DNA of 64,000 nt from Nitrospira sp. (GTDB lineage: Bacteria > Nitrospirota > Nitrospiria > Nitrospirales > Nitrospiraceae). Both the position numbers and the translations under genes were made by a program. The stretch lies in NCBI GenBank assembly GCA_047150005.1, contig AP038806.1:2080001-2144000 (forward strand), in the 5' to 3' direction. This document shows, one piece after another, positions 18,787 to 28,119 of the stretch (the stretch's first letter is position 1; each line of letters starts with the position of its first letter). A model generated the notes under the pieces. The model saw nothing but the letters and a program-made list of their open reading frames with translations. It did not search any database and was not told where the DNA came from.

Positions 18787-21306
18787 ATGCCACGTAAAAA
18801 CTCACTCAGCGCGAACAAGCCGCAGCCTGAGACGCGACGCGCACCATCGCCACAGACTAACCGTACGGAAGATTTCGAAAAGCTGGGCCTCTTCTATCTG
18901 GGGCGTCCCTACGATCTCGCTGCCAAGCAGGCTGAGCCGGGTTGGCTGCTCTATGACTCTAAGGACTTGGTGACTCATGCCGTCTGTGTCGGGATGACCG
19001 GGAGCGGCAAGACCGGCCTCTGTCTTGCGCTCCTCGAAGAAGCCGCCATCGACAGTATCCCGGCCATCATCATTGATCCCAAGGGCGATCTCGGCAACTT
19101 GCTCCTGACATTTCCAAGCCTCAAAGGCGAAGATTTCCAGCCATGGGTCAACGAAGACGATGCGAGGAAGAAAGGCCTGTCCTCCGCTGACTATGCGAAG
19201 GCTCAGGCTGAACTCTGGACCAACGGTTTGGCAGGCTGGCAGCAGGATGGCGCGCGGATTCAGCGGCTCCGCGATGCGGCCGACTTCGTCATCTATACGC
19301 CGGGCAGTAACGCAGGCTTGCCGGTCTCGATTCTGAAGTCGTTTGCTGCGCCGGCCTCGGAGGTGCTTGAAGAAGCTGAGCTGCTCCGCGAGAAGATCAG
19401 CACGACCGTGACGAGCCTGCTTGGCCTGCTCGGCATCGAAGCAGATCCCATCCAAAGCAGGGAACACATCCTGCTTTCTAGTATTCTCGATGCCGCTTGG
19501 AAGCAGGGCCAGGATCTCGATCTCGCCTCGCTCATTCACGCGATTCAGTCCCCACCAGTCTCGAAGATCGGCGTGATGGACGTCGATTCCTTCTTTCCCG
19601 CCAAGGATCGTTTTACATTGTCGATGAAGCTGAACAATCTCCTGGCAGCGCCTGGATTTCAGGCCTGGCTCGAAGGCGAAGCGCTCGATATCCAGTCGCT
19701 GCTCTACACATCGTCCGGCAAGCCGCGACACGCTATTTTCTCCATCGCGCACTTGAACGATATCGAGCGCATGTTTTTCGTCACGCTCTTGCTGAGTCAA
19801 TTGGTGGGATGGATGCGGACGCAGTCGGGCACGACGAGTCTGCGGGCGTTGCTCTACATGGACGAAATTTTCGGTTATTTCCCGCCGGTGGCGAACCCGC
19901 CATCGAAGTTGCCGCTGCTTACGTTGCTGAAACAGGCCCGGGCGTTCGGGCTGGGCGTCGTGCTGGCCACGCAGAATCCTGTGGATCTTGACTACAAGGG
20001 CTTGGCCAACACCGGCACGTGGTTTATCGGACGACTGCAAACAGAGCGGGACAAGGCGCGCGTGTTGGAGGGATTGAAAGGCGCATCGGCAAACTCGGGG
20101 AAGCCGTTCGATAAGGGCCGGATGGAACAGATGCTGGCGGGGCTGGGAAGCAGAATCTTCCTGATGAACAACGTGCATGAAGACGAGCCGGTGGTCTTTG
20201 AAACCCGCTGGTGCCTCTCGTATCTGCGCGGGCCTTTGACCAGAACGCAGATCAAGACGCTCATGGATCCCATCAGGGGCCGATCGTCAAGCGTCACACG
20301 TCACACGTCGGAAGTTGCCAGCTCAGCACTCAGCACCCAGCACTCAGCACTGAGATCTCGTCCGATGTTGCCTCCGGACGTTCCGCAGCACTTCGTGCCG
20401 TTGCGCGGATCAAAGCCGGAGGGAAGCGGCCTGGCCTATGTCCCGATGTTGCTGGGCTCTGCGCAGGTCCGGTTTTCCGACTCGAAGAACGGGATCGACA
20501 GCACCCATGACGTGACCGTCTTGGCTCCTATCGCCGAAGGAGCGGTCTCTGTCGATTGGGACAAGGCGGAGATCGCCGATCTGGCTGTTGGCGATCTTGA
20601 GTCATCACCGGAGGACGGCGCGCAGTTTCTGCCGTTGCCCGCCGGCGCCGGCAAGGCCAAGAGCTACGCTGATTGGAACAAGGATTTCGGCGGCTGGCTG
20701 TTCCGAACGCAGAAAGTGGAACTCTTCAGAAGCCCCAGCGCCAAGGACGTGTCGAAGCCTGGTGAATCCGAACGAGATTTCCGAGTGCGCCTCCAGCAGT
20801 CGGGCCGCGAGAAGCGCGACAGAGGGGCCGAGTCGTTGCGACAAAAGTATGCGTCCAAAATCGCGAGCCTTCAGGAGCGAGTCAGACGGGCGGGGCTGGC
20901 GAAAGAGAAACAGCAGGCCGAATCTCGATCAAGTCAGGTGCAGGCGGCGATCACGGTCGGCGCCTCGATTCTAGGCGCGTTTCTCGGCCGGAAAACGATC
21001 AGCGCGACGAACATCGGCCGCGCCACGACCGCGATCCGGAGCGCGGGCCGCGTCATAAAAGAGTCCCAGGATGTCGGGGCCGCGGAAGACAACGTCGCGG
21101 CGTTGCAGCGACAGTTGACCGACCTCGAAGCGCAGTTCAAATCGGAAAGCGAGGCGCTCGCAGCCTCCACCGATCCGCTGAACGAACAACTCGACACGAT
21201 TTCGATCAAACCTACGAAAGCCAACATCGCGGTCAAACTCGTGGCCCTGACCTGGGTGCCCCAGTGGAGGGATCCGCAAGGGGTGCTGCGGGCGGCCTGG
21301 ACGTAG
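18787..21306 (+). CDS. HerA/FtsK-superfamily ATPase (DUF87/DUF853-like) with coiled-coil C-terminus
   Basis: GMTGSGKT, IIDPKGD, LLYMDEIFG and QARAFGLGVVLATQNP motifs. GGAGG SD before the ATG at 18787. Confidence 0.8.
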   Translation: MPRKNSLSANKPQPETRRAPSPQTNRTEDFEKLGLFYLGRPYDLAAKQAEPGWLLYDSKDLVTHAVCVGMTGSGKTGLCLALLEEAAIDSIPAIIIDPKGDLGNLLLTFPSLKGEDFQPWVNEDDARKKGLSSADYAKAQAELWTNGLAGWQQDGARIQRLRDAADFVIYTPGSNAGLPVSILKSFAAPASEVLEEAELLREKISTTVTSLLGLLGIEADPIQSREHILLSSILDAAWKQGQDLDLASLIHAIQSPPVSKIGVMDVDSFFPAKDRFTLSMKLNNLLAAPGFQAWLEGEALDIQSLLYTSSGKPRHAIFSIAHLNDIERMFFVTLLLSQLVGWMRTQSGTTSLRALLYMDEIFGYFPPVANPPSKLPLLTLLKQARAFGLGVVLATQNPVDLDYKGLANTGTWFIGRLQTERDKARVLEGLKGASANSGKPFDKGRMEQMLAGLGSRIFLMNNVHEDEPVVFETRWCLSYLRGPLTRTQIKTLMDPIRGRSSSVTRHTSEVASSALSTQHSALRSRPMLPPDVPQHFVPLRGSKPEGSGLAYVPMLLGSAQVRFSDSKNGIDSTHDVTVLAPIAEGAVSVDWDKAEIADLAVGDLESSPEDGAQFLPLPAGAGKAKSYADWNKDFGGWLFRTQKVELFRSPSAKDVSKPGESERDFRVRLQQSGREKRDRGAESLRQKYASKIASLQERVRRAGLAKEKQQAESRSSQVQAAITVGASILGAFLGRKTISATNIGRATTAIRSAGRVIKESQDVGAAEDNVAALQRQLTDLEAQFKSESEALAASTDPLNEQLDTISIKPTKANIAVKLVALTWVPQWRDPQGVLRAAWT
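20285..20352 (+). repeat. Heptamer tandem repeats inside the ATPase gene
   Basis: CGTCAAG CGTCACA CGTCACA, then CTCAGCA CTCAGCA CCCAGCA CTCAGCA. Confidence 0.75.
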
Positions 21307-21326
21307 CGGAACGGAGTGTCGTTCCG

Positions 21327-23963
21327 TTACCCGCTGCCATGCGAGTAGAGCAGATCGAACAAGCGGTCGTCCGCCAGCCCTGTTTCGGCGGCGACATCGA
21401 GGAACACCTCGTTGACCGTGTGCAAGCCCAGCTTGCGGTAGGATTCGAACTGGGATTCGTCGAAGAACTGATCCGCCGTCGACTCGTGCGGAAATTCCGG
21501 GTGGCTCGCCGCATAGTCGAGGATGTCGGTCGGCTCTTGTCCCGTCAGCGACGGCTTGAGATACAACAAGAGTCCGCTCGTCGCACCGGGATCGACGAGA
21601 TCATAGCGGATTCGGCCGACTGCATGGCGGCGTTCGCTGTAGGGTGAGCCCGTCTTGCGCCGCAGCTTCTCGACGTCCAGCTCGATTTCGATCCCCAAAT
21701 CGATTCGGATCTTTCTGATGGCGTTGCCCAGGTCGGAGAATCTGGAGAGTTGGTCGCAGCCGGCATCGCTCACGACGATGATGTGGCATCGCCGGCGTAC
21801 CATCTCGTAGAGGGCAAGGTTCTCGAAGTGTCCGCCGTCGGAAAGGTACACGTAGCGCCGTTCGTCGTTGGTCAATCCGAAGGCTTCGGAGAGGAGGGGG
21901 CCGACGGCAAACTCCGGGCAGGATCGTCGATAGGCTGTCTTGCCCGCCTCTCCGGGATTGCCCAGCCACCATCCCAGACGGATGTTGAACAGGGTCAGCA
22001 GCAGCGTCACCGCGGGAGACGAATGATAGCCCATGTTGGGACTTGCCGCTGCGCCTGAGATAGCCAGCGCGGTGCCGATCGTGATGGCCTGACCCACGGC
22101 GGGATTCTTCCCGTATTCCCTGGTACGGCGGTAACCCGGGGTCATGTTTCCGCTTCCGCAGTGCAGCGGGGTGACCGTGAAGGACTGGGCCTTTCGCTGC
22201 TGCCACGCCAGATTCTTTCCGCGCACGAGGTTTAACGCGATGTTGACGACATGGAAAGGCCGCTGGACTGCGCCTCCTTCCGGGGCCAGATCCGCCATCT
22301 GAAAATTGTCGCAGGAGTCGAATCCCGTAAACGGGTTCGGAACCCGCTTCGGGCCGCGCGACGCACCGAGGTAGGCGCGTATCAGCCGATTGCGGTACAT
22401 GGCGTGGAGGGAGAACTTGTTGATGTTGATGTAGAACGACATCAAGACCGCGAACAGCGCCATGCCGATTCCGTATTCGGCGACTTCAAGCGACGACGCA
22501 CGGTGCAGCACCGCGTTGTTGACCCAGGCGAGCGCCATCAACACCAGGACGACCGTCAGCGGCGCAAGCAGCAGCACGTATCCTTTTGTCCCGATTCTCG
22601 CCCACAGGCTCGGCTGCTCCTGGTCCGGCTTGCCTGCGGTTCGCGCGCTGAATCCCAACGCAATGGTCACGATCCCGGTCAGACCTCCGGCGGAGGTGAG
22701 CCAGCCGGGGATTTGTGAGAGCACGAGAGGGCCGAAGAGCACGATGCCGCAGATGCCCGTCCAACTCACCGTGGCGATCAGAACCCAGGATCCCGAACGG
22801 CCCCACCATTCGCGGTCGTCGTCTCCGGTGGAACGGCTGGCGATGCCGATGAATACGGAGGCGGCGAGCAGAAACAAGGACAAGAATCCCGGGACGGCGG
22901 CGCAGGTGTACCAGTCCTCAAAACGGGAAAGTCCGGACAGGGGAGCCGATTTGGCCAGCGCGAGCCACAAGAACCCGCCGCCCAGCAACCCGCTGAGCAC
23001 GATGGTCAAGAGTTCGAGGTAACGCCAGAGGTCGTTCCACGGACGCCGCAGCACCAGCGCGGCGATCAGCCAGGCGAGGGTATGCATGATCGCGGCTCCC
23101 AGCGAGAACGTCGTCAGGCTCGACCATCCGTTGAGGGTCAGATGTTCCACCGTCCGCTTGGCATGCAGATGCCAGTACCATCCGAACGACAGGCTGGTGA
23201 CCCCCAGCAGTAGTGGAGTCAAGCACAGACCCAAGAATGCGGGTTGGCTCTCGAACCAGTGCCAGGATGGAGACGTGCGCAGTTTCCAGAGGCTCGGCCG
23301 GCACAGATGGAGATAAACAAGGTGGCCCAGTAAAAAGGTACTGCCCAGAAATGCGCAGAAGCCCGCCAGTGCGTCCGGCGCCTGACTCCTCAGCGCCGCC
23401 CGGTACAGAAGCGGCACGGCTAGCCCCGCGAGCAGAAACGGAATGAAGACCAGCCAGTTCAGGACGAGATTGCGCAAGTACGTTCCCACCAGGGTCCAGG
23501 AATCCGCGGACATCAGTCCGAGGCGGGGACTCAGGTAATTGCTATACGCGCGAAGAAAAGCGATCGGCTGCGGTTCGACACAGTCCGGTTGCGGGGGTTG
23601 TCGTAACTCGTTCACAACGCCCGCCAAGCCTCCCTGATGATTTTTGATCCAGGCCGAGAGCCAGCTGCCGATGTAGCCGCCTCCGGAGACGGTCGATAAA
23701 TAGTCGAATCGGTCTAAGAGTTTGAGCCTCGCCAAACCCTGGATCACGCCGAGCGCAAAGGTCGCGCTGCGGATACCTCCGCCGGAGAGGCACAGGGCCG
23801 CCTGGCGGCGCGGGAGCGCATGGATTCTACCGTAGGCGGAGGCGAGCCGCTTGGAGTCGGAGGCCGCCGTATCGCCGGGGGGCAGGGGGCCGTGCAGGGC
23901 GGCGTATTCCTCCTCCAGTACCCGGGGAAGCGAATACAAGCCCTGTTCCTGAGAATCCGCCAT
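21327..23963 (-). CDS. Multi-pass membrane patatin/cPLA2-like phospholipase
   Basis: LSGGGIRSA oxyanion motif, LSTVSGGGY nucleophile Ser and LSDGGHFEN catalytic Asp, split by many hydrophobic helices. Confidence 0.85.
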   Translation of the reverse strand: MADSQEQGLYSLPRVLEEEYAALHGPLPPGDTAASDSKRLASAYGRIHALPRRQAALCLSGGGIRSATFALGVIQGLARLKLLDRFDYLSTVSGGGYIGSWLSAWIKNHQGGLAGVVNELRQPPQPDCVEPQPIAFLRAYSNYLSPRLGLMSADSWTLVGTYLRNLVLNWLVFIPFLLAGLAVPLLYRAALRSQAPDALAGFCAFLGSTFLLGHLVYLHLCRPSLWKLRTSPSWHWFESQPAFLGLCLTPLLLGVTSLSFGWYWHLHAKRTVEHLTLNGWSSLTTFSLGAAIMHTLAWLIAALVLRRPWNDLWRYLELLTIVLSGLLGGGFLWLALAKSAPLSGLSRFEDWYTCAAVPGFLSLFLLAASVFIGIASRSTGDDDREWWGRSGSWVLIATVSWTGICGIVLFGPLVLSQIPGWLTSAGGLTGIVTIALGFSARTAGKPDQEQPSLWARIGTKGYVLLLAPLTVVLVLMALAWVNNAVLHRASSLEVAEYGIGMALFAVLMSFYININKFSLHAMYRNRLIRAYLGASRGPKRVPNPFTGFDSCDNFQMADLAPEGGAVQRPFHVVNIALNLVRGKNLAWQQRKAQSFTVTPLHCGSGNMTPGYRRTREYGKNPAVGQAITIGTALAISGAAASPNMGYHSSPAVTLLLTLFNIRLGWWLGNPGEAGKTAYRRSCPEFAVGPLLSEAFGLTNDERRYVYLSDGGHFENLALYEMVRRRCHIIVVSDAGCDQLSRFSDLGNAIRKIRIDLGIEIELDVEKLRRKTGSPYSERRHAVGRIRYDLVDPGATSGLLLYLKPSLTGQEPTDILDYAASHPEFPHESTADQFFDESQFESYRKLGLHTVNEVFLDVAAETGLADDRLFDLLYSHGSG

Positions 23964-23985
23964 GATTGTTCCGGTGTCCGATCCG

Positions 23986-25422
23986 CTACGGCGCTTCGAT
24001 AAAGTTGACGATCCGGTGCTTGTATTGTTCGACCACTTTGCGCGCCGCTTTGACGAGCAGCGCACCGTGGCACGGCGTCTTGATCTTGAACAGCGTCGGA
24101 ATCAGCGCGACGGCTTGCCTGATCTGGAGCGGCGTCACGTCGGTGGCGAAGTCGCCGCGACAGACCTCAGGAAGATCATTGTAACCGCTCCATTCGGCGT
24201 CGACATGCTTCAGGACGACGATTCTCAGATGCGCAAAATCGGGCAGAATGACGCCCTGCGTTCGCAGGCTGTGCCAGAGGAGCGTCTGATAGGTGTTGGC
24301 CCGCTCCTCCATGATGCCGACGATGCGTGAAGGGTCTTCGCGGAAGACTTGAAAGCCCTTGTCGTTGTGGTCCAGGGCGGCAGCGCCGGCGTCGAATGGA
24401 AACGAGGTATCGATCACGATGATCAGGCCGCGCTTCGGCGATCCTTGAGGGATCTTCTTGAGAAACAAGGTGGTCAGGGATTCCGTTCCGAGGTTGTCGA
24501 ACAGTCCGCCGTCGCCGACGTGCAAGTAGGTCGGCGTTCCTTCGATCTGATACGTCACGGGGCCGACGACGGGAGGGAACGAGGCCGACGTCGCGACGGC
24601 GAGCGACAGCCGAAGATTTCTGTAGTCCGCCCCGACGCGTTCGAAGGTGAGCGGGAGAAACTGCCGGCTCGCTTCGTCGAGGCCTTTTTGAATGATGGCC
24701 ATGCCTTCGGAGGTGACCGGCACAGGCCGGGCGGGGTTTTTCAGTTCCTTGGTGAGAAGGCTGATGAAGTCGTAGTCGAAATCGGAGGCGGGCAACGTGG
24801 TGAAGGCGAAACGTTGTCCGGAGTTGTAGACGGTTCCGTTGAGAATGACTCGGGGGATGTCGCCGCGTTGCTCGCGCTCGTACAGCTGGGCGAACGTCAT
24901 CTCGTTGAGGAACTGCGTGTCCCAGACCTCGGACATCGAGTAGGCCAGCTTGGTCGGATTCAGCGCCCGGAAATACGCCAGTTGCCGGATCAGCCCGCGC
25001 TCCTGAAAGTTCGTCTGCATGGCCGTCTTATAGTCCGAGAAAAACTCCCGGTAGCGCGGGGAGAGCCCCTGCTCGCCCAGCATAGACTCGGACTTCGACG
25101 GCTTTTTGGCCACATAATAGGCGGTGGCCAGGCTTCCGCCCGAAACGCTCGACATGTAACTGACCGTCTCGAGTACGCTGCGCTTCGTTCCCTTGAATTG
25201 CACCGGTGTTTCCGCGAGCGCCTCCAGCGCGCCGGCTGCGAACGTCGCGGCTCTGCTTCCGCCGCCGGAGACGGCCAAGCCGACCATGAGGTCTTGGTCG
25301 GGGAGGGGAGCAAACAAGGCCTCCGCGCCCTGCGGCTGTGCCGGCAGGTGCTGAACCTTGGCAAAGCAGCCGGTCAGGACCAACCCGGCGCTCAGGAGCA
25401 TGGTGACAGCGACACTCCTCAT
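23986..25422 (-). CDS. Patatin-like phospholipase, predicted lipoprotein
   Basis: Lipobox LTGC. VSGGGSRAA, SSVSGGS and GDGGLFDN motifs. Confidence 0.85.
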   Translation of the reverse strand: MRSVAVTMLLSAGLVLTGCFAKVQHLPAQPQGAEALFAPLPDQDLMVGLAVSGGGSRAATFAAGALEALAETPVQFKGTKRSVLETVSYMSSVSGGSLATAYYVAKKPSKSESMLGEQGLSPRYREFFSDYKTAMQTNFQERGLIRQLAYFRALNPTKLAYSMSEVWDTQFLNEMTFAQLYEREQRGDIPRVILNGTVYNSGQRFAFTTLPASDFDYDFISLLTKELKNPARPVPVTSEGMAIIQKGLDEASRQFLPLTFERVGADYRNLRLSLAVATSASFPPVVGPVTYQIEGTPTYLHVGDGGLFDNLGTESLTTLFLKKIPQGSPKRGLIIVIDTSFPFDAGAAALDHNDKGFQVFREDPSRIVGIMEERANTYQTLLWHSLRTQGVILPDFAHLRIVVLKHVDAEWSGYNDLPEVCRGDFATDVTPLQIRQAVALIPTLFKIKTPCHGALLVKAARKVVEQYKHRIVNFIEAP

Positions 25423-25467
25423 AATAAATAGCGACCTTTCTCGAATCGGCTCAGTGGTTCCCGACGT

Positions 25468-26490
25468 TCAGCGCCCCTGTGTGGCGGGCGATTTCACCTG
25501 AACATAGCAGTAGCCCCCGCGTTCGACCAGCTTTTTTGCCGTGACCCCTGCGGCGGTTTCCAGGGACGCCGCCAGGGTTTCGTTGCCTGTTCCGGCGACG
25601 CTGCCTCCTCGGACGGTCTCACCCGCCTTCGTCATAACGGCCGCTTCGACCCGCAGGGCATCGCGCGTAACCCGGGCCATGGCGGCGAGCGGGATCTCGG
25701 ATTGATCGGACCGAAATTCCGGAAAGGGCCGCTCCTCCGCCCAGTCGACTTGTAATGCCGTCGCTCCTTGGACGGCCGGCACTTCGAATGCCGCGTCGAA
25801 GAACGCTTCGAGAAAGATCCTGGTCAGATCGGCGCCGATTCGCTGGGAGGTGGCGGCGGTTCCCGGTTCCGCCGGGGCCGCGTGCGCTTCAGGGCCTGTC
25901 TGGAACGGCAAACCGGGGAACAGAAAGCTGCGTCCGGTTCGATCGACGAACCCGACCGAGGTGACCGGCTGGACTCCGCCGGCCGTCACTCCGGGCATCG
26001 CCTCTGCCGCGACCAGACGAAGATTGCCGAAATAGGCTTTATTGTAGGCAACGAGCAGTCGAGCGAATCGAGACGCGTCCTTCGCCAGGTTTTCCTCTTC
26101 CACGTCGATCCGCTCCTGCCAGAGCCGGGCCGCCGCGACGACACCCTTTAATGAGACGAGGTCCCATGACCGGCCTCTGTCGTCGATCAAGCCAGCCACC
26201 AGGTTTTGAAGATTCGAAAGCGAGTCGCCTGCCACGGGGTCGCGCTCACGAATTTTCCTGATTAGGGCCCGCACCGGTGTGATCGGCTCGTCGCTCGTGT
26301 CCGGGCCGCTGTCCCGAACCTGCGCGAGGCATGCACGGAATTGTCGGGACAGAGCCGGTTCCTCCGCCAACCGCTCGCGATACGATTGCAGATGGATCTC
26401 AAACGGCTTCGGTACGTCGGGACCGGCGGTGCTGCACCCGACGAATATCGCGATCCCGACGGTGCTCAGGAGAAGCCGGAACGATGTCAT
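25468..26490 (-). CDS. Hypothetical lipoprotein
   Basis: MTSFRLLLSTVGIAIFVGC signal/lipobox. Long ORF co-oriented with the patatins; no family recognised. Confidence 0.6.
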   Translation of the reverse strand: MTSFRLLLSTVGIAIFVGCSTAGPDVPKPFEIHLQSYRERLAEEPALSRQFRACLAQVRDSGPDTSDEPITPVRALIRKIRERDPVAGDSLSNLQNLVAGLIDDRGRSWDLVSLKGVVAAARLWQERIDVEEENLAKDASRFARLLVAYNKAYFGNLRLVAAEAMPGVTAGGVQPVTSVGFVDRTGRSFLFPGLPFQTGPEAHAAPAEPGTAATSQRIGADLTRIFLEAFFDAAFEVPAVQGATALQVDWAEERPFPEFRSDQSEIPLAAMARVTRDALRVEAAVMTKAGETVRGGSVAGTGNETLAASLETAAGVTAKKLVERGGYCYVQVKSPATQGR

Positions 26491-26644
26491 GCAGGCCTCG
26501 ATCCGATGACAGGTAGACCGCCACGACAGTGGTATTCGGGGTGTGCGCGGGTCGCGGACACGCAGGGTCAACCGATTGCAGAAACGGGAGAACTGTTGAG
26601 GAAAGAATCTCATCGGATGCGAGCAGGATCTCGTATGGTCCACG

Positions 26645-27205
26645 TCAGTGCTTCTTCAGCATGAGCCGGTCGGTCCAAGCCAGTAGAATGGCCGAGCTGA
26701 GGAAGGTCAAATGGATGAAAATTTTCCATTTGATGTGCTCCGGATTTTCGTTGGCCACATCGACGAAGGCCTTGAGAAGATGGATGCTGGAGATTCCGAT
26801 GAGGGAGGCTGCGAGCTTGATCTTGATCGTGCCGGGATCCACATGGGTCAGCCAGTCCGGGCGGTCCGGATGGGACTCGAGGTTCAGTTTGCTGACGAAC
26901 GTCGCATAGCCTCCGATGATCACCATCGTCAGAAGGTTGGCCACCATCGTCACATCGATCAGGCCCAGCACCCCCAGCATGAATTTCGTCTCCTCCAATT
27001 GGTGGATGTGCACCGTCATGTCCCATAATTCGACCAGGAACTTGTAGGCGTACAGCAGTTCGGCGATGATCAGCCCTCCATACAATGGAGCCTGGATCCA
27101 GCGGCTGGCGAACACCATGGTCTCGAAAGCATGCTCGATGGGATGGATGTCCTCCTGGTTGGATTCGAGGGCATTATCGGGAGCGGGCGGAGTTCCGCTG
27201 GACAT
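26645..27205 (-). CDS. YqhA/UPF0114 (TIGR00645)-family membrane protein
   Basis: FASRWIQAPLYGGL, LIDVTMVANLLTMVIIGGYATFVS and IKIKLAASLIGISSIHLLKAF. Confidence 0.85.
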   Translation of the reverse strand: MSSGTPPAPDNALESNQEDIHPIEHAFETMVFASRWIQAPLYGGLIIAELLYAYKFLVELWDMTVHIHQLEETKFMLGVLGLIDVTMVANLLTMVIIGGYATFVSKLNLESHPDRPDWLTHVDPGTIKIKLAASLIGISSIHLLKAFVDVANENPEHIKWKIFIHLTFLSSAILLAWTDRLMLKKH

Positions 27206-27438
27206 AGTGTCTCCTCAACGTATGGATCTCTGTGAATGGGCGCGTATGGAAGTATCGACGGAGCGAACGAATGTCTACCCCTCGCTCGTTGCCGAAGCGA
27301 TGCAAGTGGTCGGTATCCTAGTGGCGAGCGTCGATGCTGTCAATTGCTCGAGCTGCCCGTGCAGCGCGGATCGCGCACCGGTGAAGTCCCGGAGGTGATG
27401 GTCCACATCGAGTCCGTCGGCGGTATGGGTGGGATGGG

Positions 27439-28119
27439 TTATTTGGGTGTGAGCGGTGCGCTCAGATTTTTGAAGCTTCCGGCATAGAAGGCCGCCACCT
27501 GTGACCGTCGTCCGATCTGAAGCTTGGAGTAGATGTTGGCCAGGTAGTTTTTGACGGTCTTCTCGCTCAGGTTCAACTGTACGGCAATCTCCTTATTGGT
27601 CAAACCTTCGGCGACGAGCGGCAGCAACCGTTGCTCTTGCGGCGACAGGAGCGGGCGCTTGGACGCGCCCGGCTGCGATGGTCCGTGTTTGATCAGGTGC
27701 AGCGTGTACTTGGTCAGTCGGGGATCCATCAACGGCTGGCCCGAGGCCACGGTCTTGATCGCCTTGACCAGGGCGTCGGACGCGATGTCCTTGAGCACAT
27801 AGCCCTGGCCTCCGGACAGGATGGCCTCCAGAACCGTATGGTCGTCCGCAAAGCTGGTCAGAAACAACACACGGGTATTCGGACAGGCCGCGAGAATATC
27901 GCGCGCGGCCTCCACGCCGCTGCCGTCGGGAAGGCGAATATCCAGGAGGACCAAATCCGGTTTGAGCCGGAGGCTCAACTGTGTGGCTTCGTCCTTTCGC
28001 GAAGCTTGTCCGACGACCTTGAGGCCGGGCGTCAGATCCAGGACGGCGCCCAGACCGATCCGCACGACCTCGTGGTCGTCAACGATCAGGAGACGGATGG
28101 GTGCGGTGCGCGCCGCCAT
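27439..28119 (-). CDS. NarL/DosR-type response regulator (REC + LuxR HTH)
   Basis: IVDDHEVVR, LLDIRLPDG, GYVLKD and GLTNKEIA...SEKTVKNY. TAATG coupling to the kinase. Confidence 0.9.
   Translation of the reverse strand: MAARTAPIRLLIVDDHEVVRIGLGAVLDLTPGLKVVGQASRKDEATQLSLRLKPDLVLLDIRLPDGSGVEAARDILAACPNTRVLFLTSFADDHTVLEAILSGGQGYVLKDIASDALVKAIKTVASGQPLMDPRLTKYTLHLIKHGPSQPGASKRPLLSPQEQRLLPLVAEGLTNKEIAVQLNLSEKTVKNYLANIYSKLQIGRRSQVAAFYAGSFKNLSAPLTPK

Noticed and set aside
400..21306. Prophage or integrative element
   Set aside because: I found no integrase, transposase, phage structural gene, tRNA or att-like direct repeat.
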